A stretch of 9,681 bases of DNA from Octopus sinensis (lineage: Eukaryota), in assembly GCF_006345805.1 (NCBI RefSeq), contig NW_021827841.1, forward strand, positions 1 through 9,681, read 5' to 3'. Each line of letters opens with the position of its first letter. The first letter of the stretch is position 1. Of this stretch, positions 1-6,924 are shown piece after piece. The position numbers were made by a program, and so were the translations under genes. The notes beneath the pieces were generated by a model. The model was given only the letters and a program-made list of their open reading frames with translations. It was not told the DNA's origin and made no database searches.

Positions 1-248
1 AAACAACAAAAAAAAAACAAACAGAAAAACCCCTGCGCGAACGTGTGAGTATGGGGTTTGGGCGGCGTGGCGTTGCGTAGTGTGAGCTTGGTGCGGTGTA
101 GCTTGGAGTGGGTGTGTTTCTTCTTACACGCGAGATTGCAAGAAATGATAACCATTGAAAAGAGGTTTGCGAAGACAAAAAAAGCCCGATGGCGATTTCA
201 AGATCACTGGATAGTTTCTGGAATTGCAGTCTTGTTATCACAGCTGTG

Positions 249-273
249 GTTGTTGTTGCTCTTGCTGTTGTTG

Positions 274-307
<34 letters not shown>

Positions 308-353
308 ATCGTTGTTGTTGTTGTTATCGTTGTTGTTGCTGTTGTTGTTGTTG
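249..353. repeat. (GTT)n trinucleotide microsatellite, imperfect
   Basis: Direct reading: runs of GTT with GCT/ATC interruptions. Confidence 0.97.
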
Positions 354-500
354 ATGATGGTGATGGTGATGATGATAGTGGCGATGATGAGGAGGAGAGG
401 AGAAGAATAGGAAGAGGAGGAGGAAGAGTAGGAAGAAGAGGAGGAAGAGGAGGAAGAGGAGGAAAAAGAGGAGGAAGAGGAGAAGGAAGAGGAGGAAGAG
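354..500. repeat. (GAT/GGT)n grading into purine-rich (GAG/GAA)n tract
   Basis: GAT/GGT units to about 389, then a nearly pure polypurine GAGGAGGAA-type repeat at 388-500. Confidence 0.95.
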
Positions 501-515
501 CTGTACGGGGTTAAG

Positions 516-836
516 GATGGTGATGACGGTGATGACGATGACGACAACGACTACGTTTGATGATGACGAAGATGATGATGATGATGATGATGATGCTCAT
601 AGTGGTGGTGATGATGATGATGAAGAACGACGACGACGACGACGACGATGATGATGATGATGGCGATGGTGATGAGGATGAGGATGATGATGATAATGAT
701 AATGATGATGATGACGATGGAGATGATGGTGTTGATGGCGATCGTGATGAGGATGATTATGATGAGCATAGTGATGATGATGATGACGATGATGACGATG
801 ATGATAATGGTGACGATGATGAATACAATGATGATG
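516..836. repeat. (GAT/GAC)n imperfect trinucleotide tract
   Basis: About 320 bp of GAT with GAC/GGT/AAT/GAG variants; explains the poly-D, poly-M, poly-H and poly-I ORFs. Confidence 0.96.
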
Positions 837-1230
837 TATATATATATAGATTTTATATATAGAGATAATATATACGATGCACTGTCCTGTCGAAGACAAA
901 ATATGAATGTTCAGCATTTTTGTCAAACGATCTGCACAGATGATTCGCTTATAGTGATCAAATGTATGTGCCGTTCATTAACTGACTCTCTCCATCAAAT
1001 CGACGTTGTTTGAGAAGGAGACGTTGTACCACGAGTCGGGTGTATATGTATAAGTATACATACATATATGTATATATGTATTATTCAAAGGAATTCCAAC
1101 TGTCTATTTTTATGTTTTATTTTTTATATTCTTTATAATATTAATGTAGAATATAGAATATATAGTATAAATAATATATATAGTAAAACGAAATGAAGTA
1201 TTGATTGTCTTATTGAATATCAAATATTAA

Positions 1231-1273
1231 GGGACTAGTATACATCTTGCATTAAAGCAGTCTTCAAAGTCCC
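1231..1273 (-). other. Heavily decayed type I hammerhead-like relic
   Basis: Minus strand reads GGGACT-TTGAAGA-C-TGC(TTTAAT)GCA-AGAT-GTATAC-T-AGTCCC: 6-bp closing stem, YTGANGA-like core, small stem II and a palindrome at the stem III position. GAAA is replaced by AGAT and the cleavage nucleotide is missing. Confidence 0.3.
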
Positions 1274-1294
1274 AGGTTGTGACAGGAGTGTTTC

Positions 1295-1297
<3 letters not shown>

Positions 1298-1348
<51 letters not shown>

Positions 1349-1362
1349 ATGTGTGTGTGTAT
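1298..1362. repeat. (TG)n microsatellite
   Basis: Perfect TG run 1298-1347, then a degenerate continuation. Confidence 0.98.
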
Positions 1363-1631
1363 GTAAGCATGAACGGATGCATGCATACATGTACATTTGT
1401 GTGCATGTATGTATGCAAGGGAACAAATAGATTTTTCCACGTCTGCCTTATATTTGGCTAAAGAGATTACTCCGAAAGAAAGTATTCCAGGTGATTTATC
1501 TGGACAATACAACGGTCCATAGAAAGTTAAACAGTTCTTTACGGGTCCCCAGTACCTCGCGAACATATGACTTTACCATGTTACATGATCTATGATTTAG
1601 TAAACAAAAGGAAATGGATTGTTCAAACATC

Positions 1632-1749
1632 ACTACACATGTTTCGGTTGCGTGAATTTATTACCAAATTCTATGTTCATTACATAATATATTACATAAT
1701 ATTGCGTGAATTCGCATTGCCACGCAACCACATCCTTTCATCAGGTAAT
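1632..1749 (-). ncRNA. Type I hammerhead ribozyme-like motif (Penelope-like element type) with long stem II, probably degenerate
   Basis: Minus strand: ATTAC-CTGATGA (1744-1738)...GGTTGCGTG/CACGCAACC perfect 9-bp stem (1729-1721 and 1654-1646)-GAAA-CATG-T-GTAGT. ATTAC pairs with GTAGT and ACATGT is a palindromic stem III. The H17 nucleotide appears missing and there are extra bases before stem II. Confidence 0.55.
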
Positions 1750-1946
1750 ATTCCGCGAAAGATATTAACGAAATACGATCAATCTATGATGGAGCAAATA
1801 TAACAGAAGGAAACAAGAATTTTCGATGTGGGTTCTAGATAATAAATTTGGAGACTAATCATACAGAAAGTAATTCCAAAGCCCTCTAAAGAACGTGGAA
1901 CGCATCTAGTCATAAGATATTTTACTGTTATTCGTCCAAGTTGCCG

Positions 1947-1947
<1 letters not shown>

Positions 1948-1997
<50 letters not shown>

Positions 1998-2036
1998 CAC
2001 ACACACACACACACACACGCACGCACACACGCACAC
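1948..2036. repeat. (CA)n microsatellite
   Basis: Direct reading. Confidence 0.98.
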
Positions 2037-2625
2037 GTGCATACACATAGCATCATGGACAAATGACGCGTTAGATTGCCTCGAGTTGATCGATGCTTTA
2101 CGATTGAAACTGCAGCGTCGGAAACTGAAAGGAATCCTTTCGAATGGATTGCACATGCAGTTCAAAGAGTGCAACCCTGTCTTGCAGAGGGTGATACTAA
2201 GGTCGGTGGAATACACATCCACTTTCACATTGATTAAAGGAATGGTTATTCAGTTTATCAAATTTATCAAAAAGTAGAATCCTTGTTGTTGAACGACTGA
2301 GAGCCACCACCATATGTGCATGTATGTATACATACACTCAGACATTCATACATACATATACATATACACGCATGCTTTCATATATCCATATGTACATACA
2401 CATATACAAATACACACATTCGTATGATCGATGTATATGCATACACACAGACACGCACATATTCATAAACACATACATACGCGGAAAAGAGAGGCAACAA
2501 TTAGAAGGACAGGCAAAAAAAGACGGGTCATTCGTGGCTTCCTTTCCTCAGTCAAGTACCAGAAGTCACGACCATTTCGGATAGTTACACTTGAGATGGT
2601 TCGATCTGGTTGTCCCCAAAATAGT

Positions 2626-2666
2626 TGACACCCTTAAACCCAGGAACTTTTCAGCATCCCCTCGTA
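2626..2666 (-). mobile_element. Isolated 5' end (TIR plus subterminal bases) of the mariner-type MITE family
   Basis: Reverse complement TACGAGGGGATGCTGAAAAGTTCCTGGGTTTAAGGGTGTCA matches 3252-3292 at 37/41, with terminal TA. Confidence 0.8.
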
Positions 2667-2670
2667 TGTA

Positions 2671-2702
2671 TACACACACACACACACACACACATACACG
2701 CA

Positions 2703-2744
<42 letters not shown>

Positions 2745-2752
2745 TACACACA
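2671..2752. repeat. (CA)n microsatellite
   Basis: Direct reading; mirrored by a degenerate (TG)n at 3193-3247. Confidence 0.97.
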
Positions 2753-2755
2753 TGT

Positions 2756-3193
2756 ATTATTTGAGATACTCGTCCTGCTTTAGTTTATATATATATATGT
2801 GTAACTTTCCAAAATATAACTACATGCGGAGTGTTGGCAATTTTTTCCTCCGTTTTCCTTTTCTCTTGGACTTTCCTCTGTCTCCTGTTTCTGAAGAATA
2901 TCGTTGCTCGAAACGTAGAACACCTTTTCTTTCCTTCCCTGAGCGTCTTTTAATACTTTGCATATAGAAAGTGCTCACGTTGTTGTTTTTTCTTGTGTTT
3001 GTTCTTCGTTTTTGGGGAACTTAAAGGAATAGGTACGCTGAGTAAGTGCTATAATTGGTCATCTGTTTGGCTAGAACTCTACAGCTAAGGCTGGGCCTAG
3101 AGATCCGTATTAGGCTTCGGTGTTAGCAGGTATATATTACACTAGGGGGAAAAGGACAACAGAAACCAAGGCAGGACGAGTATCTCAAATAAT
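2756..3193. repeat. 31-bp inverted repeat pair (2756-2786 and 3163-3193)
   Basis: ATTATTTGAGATACTCGTCCTGCTTTAGTTT versus the reverse complement of 3163-3193, ATTATTTGAGATACTCGTCCTGCCTTGGTTT: 29/31 identical. Confidence 0.93.
2886..2922 (+). ncRNA. Minimal type I hammerhead ribozyme motif (Penelope-like element pLTR type), stem II mutated
   Basis: TGTTT-CTGAAGA-A-TATC(GTT)GCTC-GAAA-CG-TA-GAACA: stem I TGTTT/GAACA, intact CUGANGA and GAAA cores, palindromic ACGT stem III and a UA cleavage site. Stem II pairs poorly (GAGC expected opposite GCTC). Confidence 0.7.
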
Positions 3194-3251
3194 GTGTGCG
3201 CGGATGTGTGTGTGCATGTGTATGTATGTGTGTGTGTGTGTTGTGTATAAA

Positions 3252-3481
3252 TACGAGGGGGTGCTAAAAAGTTCCTGGGGTTAAGGGTATCACACCAAAG
3301 ACCTGGTAGGAGACCCCAAATTCCGAGAACTCGGAGTTCTTTTACAGGGCTCAGATCAACTGAAGGACCGCTACTATAAATGTGTGAATTTGAGAAGGAT
3401 ATGTTCAATAAGATCATAATTGACTGATCCTTCTGTATTTTCTTTCACTTAAAACCTGAAACCTTCCAGCACCCCCTCGAA
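3252..3481 (+). mobile_element. Mariner-derived MITE / internally deleted Tc1-mariner element
   Basis: 31-bp TIRs at 3254-3284 and 3449-3479 (24/31 complementary, first 12 perfect: CGAGGGGGTGCT), 5' TA, 3' flank AA. Interior 3331-3411 translates with two frameshifts to SEF/LQGSDQLKDRYYKCVNLR/GYVQ*, resembling the mariner transposase C-terminus (F..GI..L..RW.KC....G.Y.E). Confidence 0.85.
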
Positions 3482-3484
3482 AAT

Positions 3485-3578
3485 ATACATAGACACACAC
3501 ACGCACACCACGCACACATACACACACACATACACACACACATAAATACATACATACATACATACATACATACATACA

Positions 3579-3608
<30 letters not shown>
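3485..3608. repeat. (CA)n followed by (CATA)n microsatellite
   Basis: Degenerate CA to about 3545, then a perfect CATA/TACA run at about 3548-3608. Confidence 0.97.
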
Positions 3609-3609
<1 letters not shown>

Positions 3610-3651
3610 GTATGTCGTTATTCAGTTTTATTTCAAGATTTTTTGCTAGTA

Positions 3652-4060
3652 GGCGCACGAGTGGCTGTGTGGTAAGTAGCTTGCTAACCGACCACATGGT
3701 TCCGGGTTCAGTCCCACTGCATGGCATCTTGGGCAAGTGTCTTCTGCTATAGCCTCGGGCCGACCAAAGCCTTGTGAGTGGATTTGGTAGACGGAAACTG
3801 AAAGAAGCCTGTCGTATATATGTATATATATATGTATGTGTATGTATATGTTTGTGTGTCTGTGTTTGTCCCTCTAGCATTGCTTGACAACCGATGCTGG
3901 TGTGTTTACGTCCCCGTCACTTAGCGGTTCGGCAGAAGAGACCGATAGAATAAGTACTGGGCTTACAAAGAATAAGTCCCGGGGTCGATTTGCTCGAGTA
4001 AAGGCGGTGCTCCAGCATGGCCGCAGTCAAATGACTGAAACAAGTAAAAGAGTAAAGGAG
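3652..4060 (+). mobile_element. tRNA-derived SINE family A, full-length copy 1 (octopus OK/OR-type by recall)
   Basis: Pol III A box TGGCTGTGTGG 3662-3672, B box GGTTCAGTCCC 3705-3715, CORE-like CTTGGGCAAGT 3728-3738, internal TA/TG tract, 3' hairpin CAGTCA-AA-TGACTG 4024-4037 and a (GTAAAAGA)-like tail. Homologous to 7360-7737. Confidence 0.92.
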
Positions 4061-4236
4061 TAATAGAGAAAGAGCTGGTTTCTAACTTAGATTCAAGACT
4101 CCTTTATTGGAATTTCAACATCAAAAACAGGATATTTTGGTTATATGTATGCATGTTTATGTGCAGATTTCTATGTCTTGCTCTATGGCTGTCTTCTCGT
4201 GCATATAGTGGCATAGCTAAACATGATTATATATAT

Positions 4237-4396
4237 TTAAATGATAAATGTCTGGAAACTTTTACAGATCTTTACAGTTCCAGTGATGGATTCGATCTAT
4301 AGTCTTTCTCCTTTCTAGTTTTGAGAAGCCTAATTTCTCAAGATTGGTATTTATGCAGTGTGTTACATATCCCAGGGCCCCAATAGTTACAGATAT
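4237..4396 (-). pseudogene. Disrupted C-terminus of an RLE-type retrotransposon polyprotein
   Basis: 4396-4304 ISVTIGALGYVTHCINTNLEKLGFSKLERRK, frameshift, 4302-4237 L*IESITGTVKICKSFQTFII*. Matches the recalled P(V/I)(V/I)IGALG...L..LG...LQ...I.GT..I pattern ending R4/Dong-clade proteins. Confidence 0.75.
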
Positions 4397-4664
4397 GCAC
4401 GAAGTTTCGTAAATAAAATAATTAAAAGATCAATCAACCTATGGTGAATGCAATTTCCTGCAAAACTCCATCGCTAATGCAAGGGAGATAATTAAAATAT
4501 TCTTAAAAGTTATCTCCGTGCTCTTTGTATTTCGAAATCCCGTTCAGTCTCGTCTATTTCCATCCTAAATGGAGAGAAGTACGAACACTTTCGTATGGTA
4601 CGCTCGAACAATTGTGAACATCTCTGTGTATGAGAGCATTGGTAGCCTTTTCAAACCTCAAACA

Positions 4665-4975
4665 AAGTATATGTGTGCGTGTATGTATGTATGTGTGTGA
4701 GTGAGTATCTGTATGTATATGTATCTATGCATGTATGTAAATGTATGCATGTATGCATGTATGAATGCATGTACAATCAAGCATGAATACACATGCATAT
4801 ATATACGTACATACATACATGCACACGATACGCACACATTTACATATGTGTGCATGTGTCAGTGTATGTATGCTGCATTCTGCGTACATTTTGTCTTGTT
4901 AATTATATCTGCGACGTATGTGTTTATATGGTCTTATATATGTGTTTTTACATGCGCATGCGCGTGCGTGTGTGT
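4665..4975. repeat. Degenerate (TG/TA/TATG) low-complexity tract
   Basis: Alternating purine-pyrimidine sequence, source of the spurious C/V/Y/M-rich ORFs. Confidence 0.85.
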
Positions 4976-5179
4976 TGACAAATATATCACCGTATGTCAC
5001 ACCCTTTTTTTTTGCTGTCATTGTTATTATTGTCATCGTTGTTGATATTGCTGCTGATACTGCAACGACAATCATTGCTGCACCGCTGCCGTCGAAGCTA
5101 CAGCTGCTGCTGCTACCGCTGGTGTTGGTGGTGTTGCTGAAATGCCTCTGACGCTAATACAATTAAAAGTCTTTTTGCT

Positions 5180-5204
5180 TGATTGGCAGATCAAAGGCGG
5201 GAAA
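5180..5204 (+). promoter_or_regulatory. Candidate cis-regulatory module of overlapping CCAAT/PBX-like, TCF/LEF and E2F motifs
   Basis: TGATTGGCAG 5180-5189, AGATCAAAGG 5188-5197, GGCGGGAAA 5196-5204. Motif match only. Confidence 0.35.
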
Positions 5205-5234
5205 TAAAACCGAACAATAAATAAATAAATACTG

Positions 5235-5278
5235 AATGAATGAATGATCGAATGAATGTATGAATGAATGAATGAATG
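5235..5278. repeat. (GAAT)n microsatellite
   Basis: Direct reading; preceded by (AATA)n at 5216-5231. Confidence 0.92.
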
Positions 5279-5371
5279 CTAAGAAGAAAATGACATTTTA
5301 AGAATAACTACACCAGCACACCACACACGTGTTAGCAAATGCCTGTGGTGTATATGTCTATGTATATTTGA

Positions 5372-5373
5372 TG

Positions 5374-5427
<54 letters not shown>

Positions 5428-5775
5428 ATATATATACATTATATTATACATATATATACATATAGATATATATAATATATATATATGTATATATATATAT
5501 ATGTATATAATATATATATATATATATATATAGCATATGTATATATATATATATATATATATCTATATAATATCTATAATATATATATATATATATCTGT
5601 ATACACATTATGTGTGTGTTTGTGTGTGTGCGTATGTATATTACGTACATACATATACACAAAACACACTCAGGTACATATATACATGTATATTCCCATA
5701 CATACACATACGAATGCATGTGTGTGAGTAAGTATGTGTATGTGTTTGTGAGTATATGTGTGTGTGTGTGTGTGT
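5372..5775. repeat. Long imperfect (TA)n tract (5372-5597) followed by degenerate TG/CA
   Basis: About 225 bp of almost pure A/T alternation, then mixed TG/CA repeats. Confidence 0.96.
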
Positions 5776-5860
5776 TTGGTATAGAGAGCGACAGCCGGAG
5801 AAAGAGACTAGGGGGTTATACGTAGACAGTGAGACACCACATCCACACATCCTTAGAGGG

Positions 5861-5888
5861 TGACAGACAGACAGACAGACAGACAGAT
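5861..5888. repeat. (GACA)n microsatellite
   Basis: Direct reading. Confidence 0.95.
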
Positions 5889-6060
5889 GTAGAGAAATAT
5901 ATAGCGAGACGGAGGAGGATAGAGAAAACATATTCTTAAATGAACGAAAGCAGAAAACGAATAACAAAAACCCAAAATACTTAAAATAGTAAAAACACGC
6001 GCAAAAATAAAACACAAAAAAAGACCCAAACAAGTAAATAAAACAAAAAGAATAAGACGG

Positions 6061-6208
6061 CAGGAACTGAGTGGCCATCTTGTCTCATTTCCTTCGCTTG
6101 CATCTTTTTGTAATGGCGGCTGTTGGCTTTGTTTCGACTACAGACGTACGAACGTTCTATAGAAATATGGCTGCCGATAATCACGCATCTGACCAGCTGC
6201 ATCTTCCG
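6061..6208. promoter_or_regulatory. Candidate cis-regulatory island with three YY1-like motifs, E-boxes and ETS cores
   Basis: CAAGATGGCCAC (minus, 6082-6071), GTAATGGCGGC 6110-6120, AATATGGCTGCC 6164-6175; CATCTG 6186-6191, CAGCTG 6194-6199; CAGGAA 6061-6066, CTTCCG 6203-6208. CpGs are retained. Motif match only. Confidence 0.35.
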
Positions 6209-6242
6209 TTTCTTCCTCGTCGTCATTGCAAAATTGTATATT

Positions 6243-6460
6243 GATAATGATGATGATGATGATGATGATGATGAGAGGCTGAAGAAGACAAAGAAGACGA
6301 GGGTGATGACAATTGTGGTGGTGGTGGTGGTGGTGGTGGTGGTGTTTGTTTGTTTGTTTATTTGTTGCTGGATGTGGACGTTGCAAATGGTTAAGGCATA
6401 CTTTGCAAAAAAAAAAAAGAAAAAAAAAAAGAGAAAGAAGAGAAAAAAAGAAAAGAAGTA
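6243..6460. repeat. Cluster of (GAT)n, (GTG)n, (GTTT)n and A-rich purine tract
   Basis: GAT 6243-6274, GTG 6314-6344, GTTT about 6344-6366, A/G run 6407-6458. Confidence 0.93.
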
Positions 6461-6846
6461 GAGGGCAGAAAGACTACATAATGAAAATCAACGTTAGGAC
6501 ACACGATATGCTCCGTTTCATTTCTCCGCCTTGACATCAAACCTCCATCCTGCGTAATCTCACCCCCAACCCCTCCACCACCGCCTCATCCGTAATTCTC
6601 TCACCTTCATCATTCTCTCTTCTTTATATGTGTTTTATGCTGCGTGTGTATATCTGAGCGTGTAGATGTGTGCATGTATATTTTTCACTGTGTTTTTACG
6701 TATGTGCATATGTATATTATGTTGTATGTATTCAGACTGAACGATTTCGGTCTTTTTGTTATATTTTATTGGTCTTTTCTTTTGTTATTATTTTTCTTTT
6801 TCCTTTTCCTGTAAAAATCGTGCAATTAAAAAGTGTACGTGCAAGT

Positions 6847-6905
6847 GGCGGTGCCCCAGCATGGCCGCAGCTCGTGAGCTGAAACTAGAATCAATCAATC
6901 AATCA
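6847..6905 (+). mobile_element. 3' terminus of a retroelement related to the SINE A tail, with (AATC)n tail
   Basis: GGCGGTGCCCCAGCATGGCCGCAG matches the SINE A 3' end, followed by the hairpin CAGCTC-GT-GAGCTG, GAAAC and (AATC)4. Upstream sequence is unlike the SINE A body. Confidence 0.75.
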
Positions 6906-6924
6906 TATGTATATGTAGCTATAA

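Larger units (their letters stand above)
3609..4400 (-). mobile_element. 5'-truncated non-LTR retrotransposon with restriction-like endonuclease (R4/Dong-like), 3' end only, interrupted by a SINE at 3652-4060
   Basis: Decayed ORF end at 4396-4237, putative 3' UTR at 4236-4061 resuming at 3651-3609 with AATAAA (3632-3627) and a CATACATA tail. The TAGTAG/TAATAG duplication around the SINE allows the two parts to be rejoined. The 5' boundary is approximate. Confidence 0.7.

Noticed and set aside
30-250. CpG-richer segment with GATA and CAGCTG motifs as a promoter
   Set aside because: Only short common motifs and truncated by the window edge; insufficient support.
875-905. Minus-strand FVF/RQDSAS resembling the Tc1/mariner QQDNA motif
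   Set aside because: Requires a frameshift, has no flanking transposase similarity and no TIRs were found around 860-1045.
58-1013. Poly-C/L/V/D/M/H ORFs, including a signal-peptide-like poly-Leu and an RGG-rich stretch
   Set aside because: All are alternative frames of GTT, GAG/GAA and GAT microsatellites, with no domain or splice support.
2520-2555. Minus-strand CTGAGGA...GAAT-GACCCGTC hammerhead candidate
   Set aside because: GAAA core altered, with no convincing stem I or stem II.
3652-3725. tRNA gene (also at 6925-7012)
   Set aside because: A/B boxes are present but run directly into SINE bodies with multiple copies and TSDs, and there is no clean cloverleaf.
3449-3880. 143-aa minus-strand ORF, and similar ORFs at 6756-6998, 7185-7430, 7666-7911 and 8529-8837
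   Set aside because: Chance read-through of SINE sequence. Such peptides may hit spurious predicted proteins but are not genes.
4321-4341. TTGAGAA-N7-TTCTCAA hairpin
   Set aside because: A 7-bp stem inside the decayed LINE ORF, expected by chance in AT-rich DNA.
6279-6285. CTGAAGA core
   Set aside because: Part of a GAA/GAC low-complexity run, with no downstream GAAA or stems.
4658-6534. ORFs rich in CV, YI, HT, W and K repeats
   Set aside because: Translations of dinucleotide, GTG and poly-A tracts.
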